Positions 37,619-46,925 are shown, counted from the stretch's first letter. The stretch is DNA of 64,000 nucleotides from an uncultured Candidatus Bathyarchaeia archaeon (GCA_964623205.1 CAZUQX010000010.1:5152-69151); one strand, 5' to 3'. Notes: generated by a model from the sequence alone, not told the origin. Numbers and translations: made by a program.

Positions 37619-38209
37619 TTAATTCCTCCCGAGGCTGACTTTGAAATCTGCTGGAGACGTAAATTGTAATGACCCTTCTAAGCAATAAACCGTAAATTTT
37701 GTTTCGTTACATAAACCGCCTAATCGGCAAATTTGGCAAAGCTCAACGAGCAAAGGAGTTCCTTTATTTAGTGTGCCATTTTTCTTATGAAGTTTGTAAA
37801 GGAGTTTTAGATATTTCCCCTCAACTACTCGAGGCAATTCATCACGGCGTTCGAGGCCATACCATTCGTAAACTCCTTTGTCACTTTTTGAGGAATTACA
37901 GCTTTTGCAGGCTAAGATTGCGTTATCTCCAATATCTGGGCCACCTCGACTTCGAGGAATCAGGTGATCAATTGAAAGGTCGCCTTGATTTCCGCAGTAA
38001 ATGCAAACTTTGTCACGTTCTAGATCTCGTATATATTCTCGAATTGAACCTGACCAACTAATTTTGCCACTTTGCAGTTTCTTGAACTGGCTCATTATAA
38101 AACCATAGTCTTTTTCATGACCAGATGACTTTGCCATGAGTTTTGCATATTGCCAATATATAATATCCCGAATTGTCTTCACTGCCGCGGGAGGCAAAAT
38201 GGACCCCAT
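37619..38209 (-). CDS. HNH endonuclease-domain protein
   Basis: The beta-beta-alpha-Me motif reads CIYCG...DLSIDHLIPRSRGGPDIGDNAILACKSCNSSK, with CxxC pairs flanking the D-H...N...N residues. The C-terminus is additionally Cys-rich (CQICRLGGLC). The TAA stop at 37619-37621 lies 1 nt from the radical-SAM ATG. Confidence 0.85.
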   Translation of the reverse strand: MGSILPPAAVKTIRDIIYWQYAKLMAKSSGHEKDYGFIMSQFKKLQSGKISWSGSIREYIRDLERDKVCIYCGNQGDLSIDHLIPRSRGGPDIGDNAILACKSCNSSKSDKGVYEWYGLERRDELPRVVEGKYLKLLYKLHKKNGTLNKGTPLLVELCQICRLGGLCNETKFTVYCLEGSLQFTSPADFKVSLGRN

Positions 38210-38511
38210 TAAACAGTAGGAGACTCACAATATTAGACTTTGGTTAAATCGCGAAAAAATAGAACGCTGGCGAAAAATATAACCCAAGCCGAGGCAATGG
38301 TAGTCCAAATGTTTCCTTTACATATACCAAGAACGGCGGCACATTTTAGTCGTTAAATTCATTGTTTATTGCAGGTAACACATTGGTTAATGCAGATGTC
38401 TGAGGTTTGTTTTTTCGCCTTGGTTGGATGTGTGACCTTTCGGGGGAATTGTTCATGGGGAAGTGTTTAATATATAAACAAGATTAAACAGTTTACGTTT
38501 AGAAAATAAAC

Positions 38512-39090
38512 ATGGTGAATGGGTTGGACGAAGTCGATCGAAAGATAATTTCGCAACTTCAACAGAACGGAAGAACAACCCTTGAAGAGCTGGCGAAAAT
38601 TGTTGGTTTTTCAAGCATGGGAGCAAAGAAAAGAGTTGATAAGCTTGTGGAAAAGGGAATCATCAAAGTTACATCACTTCTCAGCATCAAAAAACTAGGA
38701 TTGCAGGCCGCGATTGTGTTAATGGAGATTGAAAGCTCTGAAGCATTGGACAAACTTCTTGAACGCTTCAAGGACTGCCCTCGTGTAGTAAACATATTCA
38801 CAACCTTAGGTGGGTACAATTTGATTGCCGTAGTGGTTGCTGAAGACCAAGATACATTAGAGAGCATTTCCCTGGAAAAATGTTCATTAAGAAGTAGCGA
38901 AGGAATACGGCGTTCTGAATTCATTCCCATCGGCAACATTCTCTACTCTCCATTTCTAGCTTTTCGGGAGCATCTAACACACAGAGAGAAAACAACGGCG
39001 CCGTGCAATGTAGATTGCCGAACTTGCAAAAGATACAAGGCAGAATGTGCTGGATGCCCAGCAGCAAATTACTATGTTGGAAAGTTGTGA
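38512..39090 (+). CDS. Lrp/AsnC-type regulator with a C-terminal Cys-rich extension
   Basis: It has the HTH VDRKIISQLQQNGRTTLEELAKIVGFSSMGAKKRVDKLVEKGII, a RAM-like middle region and a tail APCNVDCRTCKRYKAECAGCPAANYY. Confidence 0.7.
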   Translation: MVNGLDEVDRKIISQLQQNGRTTLEELAKIVGFSSMGAKKRVDKLVEKGIIKVTSLLSIKKLGLQAAIVLMEIESSEALDKLLERFKDCPRVVNIFTTLGGYNLIAVVVAEDQDTLESISLEKCSLRSSEGIRRSEFIPIGNILYSPFLAFREHLTHREKTTAPCNVDCRTCKRYKAECAGCPAANYYVGKL

Positions 39091-39108
39091 ACAGGAAGAA
39101 CATAAAAA

Positions 39109-40083
39109 ATGGAAGAGCAAGTAGCGCTTAGGGAAGTTGATGGCGTAGAAATAATAAGTCTGATAGATGACACTGTTGATTTTGCTTCTACAGTTCAGAG
39201 GAGAGAGGTCCAGAAGGTCCGAAAATGGACTAGAAACCGCATGGGCATAGAATGGACAAAAAAGCATTTTAGCCTGCCATTTGCTGAACACGGTTTCTCA
39301 GCATTAATTAAGATATTTTCCAAAGATTCCCATCACACTATCTTGTTTGACACCGGTCTCAGTCCCGAAGGAGTTGTAACTAACGCAAGGAGGATGGGAG
39401 TAGAACTTGCTGATGTTGAGTGTATAGTTCTCTCCCATGGTCATTATGATCATTTCGGCGGATTAGTGAATGTTCTAAAAGTTATTGAAAAGAAAGATTT
39501 GCCAATCATTGTTCACGATGACATGTTCAAAACCCGTGGCGTGATTAATCCAGACGAGTCTATAAGAGAGTATGCAAGCTTTCCGTCCGAAAATCAAGTG
39601 ACTCCTGCCCGATATTTACGCACAAGGCAGCCTCATCTCCTAATGGCTGATAATATACTTGTTAGCGGAGAAATCCCCCGCAAAACTGACTTCGAAAAAG
39701 GTTTCCAAAGGCACCGTGTTTTTTCGGGGGACAAATGGCATCCAGATCCATGGATTTGGGATGATCGAGCGATCATAATGAATGTCAGGAATAAGGGTTT
39801 GGTGGTAATTTCAGGCTGTGCCCATGCAGGCATTGTTAACACAATCCTCTTTGCACAAAGAATTACCGGAGTTGCTAAAGTTTATGCCATAATGGGCGGT
39901 TTTCACTTAGCTGGAAAAGATTGTGAGTCGAGAATTAGTCAAACAGTTGAGATGCTGCGGAATTTTAGTCCTGAAATCGTGGTACCGATGCATTGCACGG
40001 GTTGGAGAGGAAAATATGCAATTTTAAAGGATATGCCTCGGGCTTTCGTATGGAATAGTGTCGGAAACCTTTACCGTTTGTAG
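39109..40083 (+). CDS. MBL-fold metallo-hydrolase (COG1237-like)
   Basis: It has the HxHxDH motif (SHGHYDHFGG) and downstream His/Cys ligands (GCAHAG, PMHCTG). Confidence 0.8.
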   Translation: MEEQVALREVDGVEIISLIDDTVDFASTVQRREVQKVRKWTRNRMGIEWTKKHFSLPFAEHGFSALIKIFSKDSHHTILFDTGLSPEGVVTNARRMGVELADVECIVLSHGHYDHFGGLVNVLKVIEKKDLPIIVHDDMFKTRGVINPDESIREYASFPSENQVTPARYLRTRQPHLLMADNILVSGEIPRKTDFEKGFQRHRVFSGDKWHPDPWIWDDRAIIMNVRNKGLVVISGCAHAGIVNTILFAQRITGVAKVYAIMGGFHLAGKDCESRISQTVEMLRNFSPEIVVPMHCTGWRGKYAILKDMPRAFVWNSVGNLYRL

Positions 40084-40872
40084 CTAGCCCTCTTGTTTCT
40101 TTATTGCCTCTGCAACTGCCATCTTCGTTGAGACACCGATTAGTTCGCCTATTTTGGTGTGTCCACCAGTGCATAGTATCGTCTTTCCCGGTCCTTTTCC
40201 CGAAACGACGATCATGTTGTCGGTTCCCGTGCCTGTTGCTTGGTTTTGAGGGGAAACCGAGCTTCTGGCGTCCATATCCTGAAGGGCAGCGGTTTTTGCT
40301 TCTGTAGCCGTAATAATAGCGCGAGCCATAGCGCCCTCACTTAGAGGGGCGTTGGTCAAGAGAATTATGTTGATTGTTCCAAGAAGATTAACATAATTTC
40401 CATCCCACTCCATCCAATCTGCCCCATCGACTCCCGTTCTAAGTGCGTTGCCTACGCCTCCAGTAGCCAGACAGGACACTGTGAGTTCCTGATAAGACTT
40501 CTCGCAGACTGCCACGTTTTCCATATTAGCTCTTGTGCTCAAGAATGTGAGGTCGCTACGAGGGATTTTTAGGCTGGTGGGGAATTTTTCTTGGAACTCT
40601 TGATAGTTCAGCATTGTAATGTCTGACAGGACAGGGGGCTGATAGGTGTTGGCGACAAAGCTTAATTCCCTGTATCCATCCCAAGTAGAAAGAACCCGGC
40701 GCTTTTCTCCAAAGGAAACAAGCAGAGTGTTTACCTCAAAACTCTGATAAGTATGGTAAAGTATCTCGGCTTTCACACACTCTATCCTTAACTTGATTTC
40801 CCTTCTCTTCATTTCAAATCGCTCTGCCCGCTTACGGTTATTCTTCTGTTCCCTCAAATAACTCTTTAACAT
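40084..40872 (-). CDS. cbiZ: Adenosylcobinamide amidohydrolase (CbiZ) family protein
   Basis: LATGGVGNA, IITATEAKTAAL and ATGTGTDNMIVV resemble conserved CbiZ blocks, recalled from the family rather than searched. Confidence 0.55.
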   Translation of the reverse strand: MLKSYLREQKNNRKRAERFEMKRREIKLRIECVKAEILYHTYQSFEVNTLLVSFGEKRRVLSTWDGYRELSFVANTYQPPVLSDITMLNYQEFQEKFPTSLKIPRSDLTFLSTRANMENVAVCEKSYQELTVSCLATGGVGNALRTGVDGADWMEWDGNYVNLLGTINIILLTNAPLSEGAMARAIITATEAKTAALQDMDARSSVSPQNQATGTGTDNMIVVSGKGPGKTILCTGGHTKIGELIGVSTKMAVAEAIKKQEG

Positions 40873-41025
40873 TTAAGTTTCTGTAGTTTTTCCTTCATTT
40901 CGCTTTTGGCTTCCCAAATTCCCTAACCAGAGAAACTTTGTCGATAGCCATTAATAATATTAGGTGCCTAATCACAGCAGATTGTTGAAAACAAGCTTTT
41001 CCAACAGTTCTCTCTCTTTCAGATT

Positions 41026-42003
41026 TTATATTGCAAGTATCTGTGCAAGTTTTAGCAAGCTCAAGTCCAATGGTTTTTCTGTTTTGCATGATTTCTCGAG
41101 TTTGATGCTGGTTATTCTCCCTTCCTGTAAACCAACCATCCTCTTTCCTTGTTCTTCCAGCAAAAGTTCAACGGCTCTGTTCCCAAATAAATTGGCTAGG
41201 AGTCTGCTTCTGGCTGTGGGGTTGCCGCCTCTCTGTGCGTAACCTGAAACGCTTAGCCTAACCTCAGTTCCAGTTTTTTCCTCGATTTCTCTAAGGAGTT
41301 TACGGGTGTCCCCTATCCCCTCCGCTGCTACGATTATGCCCGACTTCTTTCCTTTAGCACTGCTCTCCTTTAACGTTTTAATGATCTTCTCCAACGAATA
41401 TTCCACTTCCGGAACCAAAATTGTCTCAGCTCCAACCGTCAGCCCAATTGTTAAAGCTAGAAAGCCTCTTTTCCGTCCCATAACCTCAACTATGAAGACC
41501 CGCTCGTGGGAGTTCGCTGTGTCCCGAATTTTGTCGATCTCCGTGATAGCCGTGTTTACGGCTGTATCAAAACCTATAGTCTCTTCTGTTCCAAAGACAT
41601 CATTGTCAATTGTCGCAGGAATCCCCACTATCCGGGCATCGGTCTCTCTGCTTAATTCCAAGGCTCCTCTTAAAGACCCGTCACCACCGACGACAACGAG
41701 CCCGTTAACCTTGTTCAAAGCAAGAGTCTCCGCAGCTTTCTGGATTCCCTCTCTCTTTTTGAATTCTGGGCTTCTTGATGTTCGGAGAATCGTGCCACCC
41801 AAATGAAGTATTCCACCAACAGATCGGGGAGTCAACCTTCTAAAAGTGTTAGTTAACAAACCTTCCCAGCCCCTTTCGAAACCTAACACCTGCAGACCCT
41901 TTGAGTGAGCGACACGAACAACTGCCCGGATGGCAGCATTCATGCCGGGAGCGTCTCCTCCACTTGTCACCAATCCTATCTTCTTCATCACTCCATCTCC
42001 CAT
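41026..42003 (-). CDS. pfkA: 6-phosphofructokinase, PFK-A family
   Basis: It has IGLVTSGGDAPGMNAAIRAVVR, VVGGDGSL, GIPATIDND and GYAQRGG. The probable start is the MKKIG ATG at 41988. Confidence 0.9.
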   Translation of the reverse strand: MGDGVMKKIGLVTSGGDAPGMNAAIRAVVRVAHSKGLQVLGFERGWEGLLTNTFRRLTPRSVGGILHLGGTILRTSRSPEFKKREGIQKAAETLALNKVNGLVVVGGDGSLRGALELSRETDARIVGIPATIDNDVFGTEETIGFDTAVNTAITEIDKIRDTANSHERVFIVEVMGRKRGFLALTIGLTVGAETILVPEVEYSLEKIIKTLKESSAKGKKSGIIVAAEGIGDTRKLLREIEEKTGTEVRLSVSGYAQRGGNPTARSRLLANLFGNRAVELLLEEQGKRMVGLQEGRITSIKLEKSCKTEKPLDLSLLKLAQILAI

Positions 42004-42118
42004 CAGTAAACATTCGAGATAATGTTACTCTAATCAAAATAATAAACTTGAGTGCTCGGTTCCTTCGAGAGTAGCTTTTACAATTAAGTTTAAAAGTCCC
42101 TTTCGGGACATTAATGCA

Positions 42119-42754
42119 ATGAAACGGGAGGAACAACATTTGAGTGATGAAGCCCAGGGTCGTTTTTACATTCCAGGAGCCACCACTATTGGTCTTGTTT
42201 TCTCTGACGGCGTGATCTTAGCTTCAGAAAAACGAGTTTCCTACGGCACTATGATAATGAGCAGAACTGGAAAAAAGGTTTTCAGAATTGCGGACAGAAT
42301 CGGTGCAGCATGTGCAGGCTTGGTTTCCGACATGCAGGTTTTGGTGCGAGAGGTGGAAGCCTATGCAAAGCTGTTTGAATTCGACGCGAAGAGATCGATG
42401 CCCGTGAAATCAGCCGCAAAAGTTATGTCAAACGTTCTTTTCGGCAGACGGTTGATTCCTTTGATTACACAAACTATCGTAGGCGGAATGGATGATGAAG
42501 GGCCGTCAATATATGTGCTTGACGTTTTAGGGTCTGTTTTACCTGATAATTATGCTGCCGTAGGCTCAGGAGCCCAGATTGCCACGGGAGTACTAGAGGA
42601 CGGATACAAAGGGAACATGTCCCAGAAAGACGCGAAAGCGCTGGTGCTGCGAGCCATAAAATCGGCTGTGAGCCGAGACGTCATGAGCGGCGACGGAGTA
42701 GATTTCTTCACCATCACAAAAGAAGGAATCAAGGAAGAATCCAGTAACTTCTAA
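42119..42754 (+). CDS. psmB: Proteasome subunit beta
   Basis: It has a propeptide followed by GATTIGLVFSDGVILASEKR (Thr1 nucleophile) and a GSG motif. Confidence 0.9.
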   Translation: MKREEQHLSDEAQGRFYIPGATTIGLVFSDGVILASEKRVSYGTMIMSRTGKKVFRIADRIGAACAGLVSDMQVLVREVEAYAKLFEFDAKRSMPVKSAAKVMSNVLFGRRLIPLITQTIVGGMDDEGPSIYVLDVLGSVLPDNYAAVGSGAQIATGVLEDGYKGNMSQKDAKALVLRAIKSAVSRDVMSGDGVDFFTITKEGIKEESSNF

Positions 42755-42856
42755 TTGTAAGGGAAATCTGCTCAAGGCTTAGTAGATTTTACGGGAATAG
42801 TTTAGAAAGTTTAATACCGTTAGGAATGAATTGTTTCTTGAGCAGGGGCAAACATC

Positions 42857-43474
42857 GTGTCGTTTCAGCTGACTATTGAGGAAGGCAAGTTTCTGGTTAA
42901 TTTAGCTAGGCAAGCTGTAACTGAGTACCTAGAAGGCGGGAAGGTGTTGCAGGTTCCTGAGGGCGTTTCATCCGAGCTTATGGAAAAGTGTGGGGTTTTT
43001 GTCACATTAAATAGTGTCCTTAGCGGAGAGAAGGCGTTGAGGGGTTGCATTGGTCTCCCCTATCCCACTACGCCCCTAAGTCAAGCAGTGATAGAGGCTG
43101 CCCTCAGCGCTGCAATGCGTGACCCTCGTTTTCCTCCAGTCTCCCTTGAAGAACTTGATCAGATAACCTTTGAGGTAAGTGTCCTAACTCCCCCTGAACG
43201 TGTCGAAACAGAGAAACCCACACAGTACCCCTCAAAAATCAAAGCTGGACGAGATGGACTAATAGTTGAGAATGGCTACTGCAAGGGTCTTCTTCTGCCC
43301 CAAGTCCCAGTTGAGCTTAAGTGGAGAGAAGAAGAGTTTCTCTGTCAATGCTCCATGAAGGCAGGACTACCACCAGATGCTTGGCTACTGAAAGATACAA
43401 AAATCTACAGGTTCCAAGCGATAATTTTTGAAGAAGCCTCACCCAAAGGTAAAATTACATTGAAAAAAATTTGA
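42857..43474 (+). CDS. AMMECR1 domain protein
   Basis: It has LRGCIG, DPRFPPV and LLPQV motifs. Confidence 0.85.
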   Translation: MSFQLTIEEGKFLVNLARQAVTEYLEGGKVLQVPEGVSSELMEKCGVFVTLNSVLSGEKALRGCIGLPYPTTPLSQAVIEAALSAAMRDPRFPPVSLEELDQITFEVSVLTPPERVETEKPTQYPSKIKAGRDGLIVENGYCKGLLLPQVPVELKWREEEFLCQCSMKAGLPPDAWLLKDTKIYRFQAIIFEEASPKGKITLKKI

Positions 43475-43487
43475 GGAACAAAGGCTT

Positions 43488-44660
43488 ATGCGTGTTCTAT
43501 TCTGTCCTTCTGGTGTGGGATTGGGGCATGTTGGTCGTTGTATCCCCATAGCCCGGAGGCTTGAAAGGGATGGAGCTCAAGTTTTATTCTCTACGTACAG
43601 GGAGGGCTTCAGATATGTTGAGCATGAAGGCTTTCCAGTTGTGGAGGCTCCATCTATTGGGGTCGCGGTTAAACCCGACGGAACCATCGATTTCAGGCAA
43701 ACAACAGTGAAGCCTGGGCCTTTCATGGCTGTCTTCACTTTCTGGAAACAGGTTGACGCTGAAACTAAATTCATGAAGGCTTTTGAGCCCGATGTAGTCG
43801 TTTCGGATTCGCGGGCTTCTTCTCTCATGGCTGCAAAACTGCTTGGAATACCTAAAATCTGCATTTTGAACCAATTTCAGGTAATTATTCCCAGGCGAAC
43901 AAGATTTCTGAGACTCGCCCGAATAGCAGACGCCTTCACATTGACGATTATCGGAAAAATATGGACAAGCGCAATCCAAGCTTTAGTTCCAGACTTTCCT
44001 CCACCCTACACGATTTCGACAAGAAATCTAAATATCCCAAAGGCTTACCACAAGAAGATTAAATTTATAGGTCCAATTCTTCCTGTGCGTCCTGATGGTT
44101 TGCCAGACCAGAAGGAAATTCGGAGAAGGCTAGGTTTGGCTGTGGATAAGCCTTTGGTCTTTGCGCCCATTAGTGGACCTGTGAAGGAGCGTGCTTATTT
44201 CACAGGCATCCTTAGGCGAATCTTCCGTGAATTTCCTGATGATTATCAGATAGTTATGTCCCTTGGCTATCCGAAGGCTTCGACAGAACCAGTTAAGGAT
44301 GGGAATCTAATTATTCACGGATGGGTTCCTAACCGTTTTGAGTATTTGAAGGCTTGTGATGTTGTTGTCTCTAGGGTTGGTCATGGAACTGTGTCTCAGG
44401 CGGTTTGTTATGGCAAGCCGCTGATTCTTGTTCCTACTCCAAGTCACACCGAGCAACTCAACAACGCTAGAAAGGCTGTTGAATTAGGCGTGGCGGAGAT
44501 TATCCAGCAGGAAGACCTTAACAGGGAGGTTCTGGTGGTGGCTGTCAGAAAAATTTTGGGGAACAGTAATTTTCAAGAGAGGACAGAACAAATCCGGAAG
44601 GAAGTCATGAAATGGGATGGCTTGGAAACCGCCGCCAAAATAATCACTGATGCTGCATAA
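43488..44660 (+). CDS. Glycosyltransferase, MurG/GT1-GT28-like
   Basis: It has the GT-B fold pattern: N-terminal GVGLGHVGR and C-terminal SRVGHGTVSQAVCYGKPLILVP...HTEQ.NA. Confidence 0.75.
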   Translation: MRVLFCPSGVGLGHVGRCIPIARRLERDGAQVLFSTYREGFRYVEHEGFPVVEAPSIGVAVKPDGTIDFRQTTVKPGPFMAVFTFWKQVDAETKFMKAFEPDVVVSDSRASSLMAAKLLGIPKICILNQFQVIIPRRTRFLRLARIADAFTLTIIGKIWTSAIQALVPDFPPPYTISTRNLNIPKAYHKKIKFIGPILPVRPDGLPDQKEIRRRLGLAVDKPLVFAPISGPVKERAYFTGILRRIFREFPDDYQIVMSLGYPKASTEPVKDGNLIIHGWVPNRFEYLKACDVVVSRVGHGTVSQAVCYGKPLILVPTPSHTEQLNNARKAVELGVAEIIQQEDLNREVLVVAVRKILGNSNFQERTEQIRKEVMKWDGLETAAKIITDAA

Positions 44661-44729
44661 AAACAGGATAAAGGCTGGGATTCACCCTCATTTACGGGGG
44701 GGTTATGCTGAATTGCCGCATTATGTTTT

Positions 44730-45335
44730 TTATCTGAGGTTCATTCCAAGAACATATAGTTCAGCGCTCTTTGCTCGGCTAGCCTTTGGTTTAACCAACT
44801 TCACAAACCTGAAATACTGGTTTACTTCCTCAACGAAATCGTTTAGTGTGCTTCCCTGAAAGACCTTAACAAAAAAGTTTCCTCCAGACCTAAGAATTGA
44901 AGCAGCTATATGCAGAGACTGTCTTGCCAGATCAATTTGGCGAGCATGATCCAGCTCCCAGATTCCAGAGATGTTAGGCGAAACATCTGCGATAACAACG
45001 TCAGCTGAACGGGGCAAAAACTCCAGAATATCCTGGACTGTTTGCGGCTCAGTAACATCGCCGATGATGGTGCGAACGTTGGGCGAGTCAATTGGTTCTA
45101 TCTGTTTTAGGTCAACTGCCAACACGAAACCTGAAGAACCCACAAGTCTTCTGGAAGCCTGTGTCCACCCTCCGGGAGCAGCCCCTAAATCCACTACTAC
45201 ATGACCAGCCTTGATGAAGTTGTATTTCTTTACTGCCTGAAGAAGTTTATAGGCTGCCCGTGAACGAAGTTTTTCTTCTTTCGCTTTCCGATAATAATAT
45301 TCTCTTTTTCGTTCGTTGACCCATGCTTTAGGCAA
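44730..45335 (-). CDS. rlmE: rRNA 2'-O-methyltransferase RlmE/FtsJ
   Basis: It has RSRAAYKLLQ, the SAM motif VVDLGAAPGGW and DVVIADVSPN. Confidence 0.9.
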   Translation of the reverse strand: MPKAWVNERKREYYYRKAKEEKLRSRAAYKLLQAVKKYNFIKAGHVVVDLGAAPGGWTQASRRLVGSSGFVLAVDLKQIEPIDSPNVRTIIGDVTEPQTVQDILEFLPRSADVVIADVSPNISGIWELDHARQIDLARQSLHIAASILRSGGNFFVKVFQGSTLNDFVEEVNQYFRFVKLVKPKASRAKSAELYVLGMNLR

Positions 45336-45337
45336 AA

Positions 45338-45715
45338 CTAGATTTCACCAGAAGATTCCGTTTCCCCTTTTGCAAGATCTAAAAGCCACTGGGTCATTTT
45401 CTGGCATTCGTTAGGAGAAATGGTGCTCCAAGCTCCGCATCTTGCATCGTTCGAGCACATTAGACAGGGGGAATTAATGATGGAATTGAGAGATGCGGGT
45501 TTCCTTTTAGGAAAAAGGCGGTACGTCCATCTTCCTTCATAGAGTTCCTTCTCACGACGGATCAATTCTTTGGTCTCCAGTTTTAAGGCTATTCTGCTGC
45601 CTTCCCTGCTTGTGGCGTCCAGTTTTCGCCACAATTCGGACTGAAGTACACCGTCGTTTCCATTGTTTACAATTACATGTAATGCTTTATGCTCTAGTTC
45701 GTTGCGTCTCGGCAT
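45338..45715 (-). CDS. Winged-helix + 4-Cys protein, TFE-beta / RPC34-like
   Basis: It has a WH domain (VLQSELWRKLDATSREGSRIALKLETKELIRRE). This is followed by PCLMCSNDARCGAWSTISPNECQKMTQWL, which matches the C..C....C....ISP..C....WL Fe-S module of RPC34/TFE-beta. Confidence 0.5.
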   Translation of the reverse strand: MPRRNELEHKALHVIVNNGNDGVLQSELWRKLDATSREGSRIALKLETKELIRREKELYEGRWTYRLFPKRKPASLNSIINSPCLMCSNDARCGAWSTISPNECQKMTQWLLDLAKGETESSGEI

Positions 45716-45893
45716 TTACATCTGTCCTACAAGTCTTCATACTAATAGGGCTGTTAAGGCATAAAAAGATGTATGGTGTTCTACCCCATTCAGGCATTTG
45801 TGGAAGAGGCGTTTCTAGATGGACTGCGAAACGTTTTAACACCCCGAAATCGGTTGATATACCATTACATCCTATCGCGAGGAACCAAAAAAG

Positions 45894-46925
45894 TTGCCAG
45901 TGAATAATTCAGCTTACTCTTACTGTCTAGGCATCGAATCCACAGCAGACGATTTCGGCGCCGCAATCCTCTCCTTTGAAGGCAAGGTTCTCTCCAACGC
46001 AAACGACGCCTACATGCCAAAGAAAGGAGGAATCCATCCGCGAGAGGCGGCTAGGCATCACGCTGAAGTCGCAGAAAAAGTCCTTGCAGAAGCCTTCGAG
46101 AAAGCGGCAATAAGACCCCGAGACGTTAACTTGGTGGCTTTTTCTCAGGGACCGGGATTAGGTCCGTGTCTTCGTACAGGTGCAACTGCAGCCCGTGCCC
46201 TAGCTTCTTATCTCGGAGTTCCCTTGGTGGGAGTCAATCACTGTGTTGCACATATAGAAATCGGCAAGTTGGCAACTGGAGCAAGGGATCCTGTTACTCT
46301 CTACGTTTCGGGCGGAAACACTATCGTTTCAGCTTTTGAAGCCTGCAGATACCGGGTTTTCGGGGAGACCTTGGATATTGCTGTTGGGAATTGTTTGGAT
46401 GTTTTTGCCAGGGAAGTGGGGTTAAAGCAGAGACGGGGAGCGCCTTTCGGTGCCATAGTTGAGGAATTGGCGGGTAATGGCACGTCTTTCGTTTCTCTTC
46501 CTTACACTGTGAAGGGTATGGATTTGTCTTTTAGTGGGCTTCTCACTGCGGCTGTGCAGGCGTTTCGTAAAAGGCAGTTTGCTTTGGAGGATGTTTGTTT
46601 CAGTCTTCAGGAGGTTGCTTTTTCCATGTTGACTGAGGTGACTGAGAGGGCTTTGGCTCACACGGAGAAGCCTGAGGTTCTTTTAACTGGGGGAGTAGCA
46701 GCTAACAAGAAGTTGCAGTCAATGCTTGCTGCGATTGCGGAGGAGCATGATGCACGTTTCTGTGTTGTTCCCCGGGGGCTTGCAGCAGACAACGGGGCTA
46801 TGATCGCTTGGACAGGAATTCTTGCCTACAAAAGCGGGTTGTCGGTTCCGGTGGAGAAGAGTTACGTCAATGTGAAGTGGCGGCTGGAAGACGTTTATGC
46901 GCCTTGGGTTGAGGGGGATGAATAG
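45894..46925 (+). CDS. kae1: tRNA t6A threonylcarbamoyltransferase Kae1 (KEOPS)
   Basis: It has LGIESTADDFGAAI, HHAE, GVNHCVAHIE and GGVAAN. Confidence 0.9.
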   Translation: MPVNNSAYSYCLGIESTADDFGAAILSFEGKVLSNANDAYMPKKGGIHPREAARHHAEVAEKVLAEAFEKAAIRPRDVNLVAFSQGPGLGPCLRTGATAARALASYLGVPLVGVNHCVAHIEIGKLATGARDPVTLYVSGGNTIVSAFEACRYRVFGETLDIAVGNCLDVFAREVGLKQRRGAPFGAIVEELAGNGTSFVSLPYTVKGMDLSFSGLLTAAVQAFRKRQFALEDVCFSLQEVAFSMLTEVTERALAHTEKPEVLLTGGVAANKKLQSMLAAIAEEHDARFCVVPRGLAADNGAMIAWTGILAYKSGLSVPVEKSYVNVKWRLEDVYAPWVEGDE

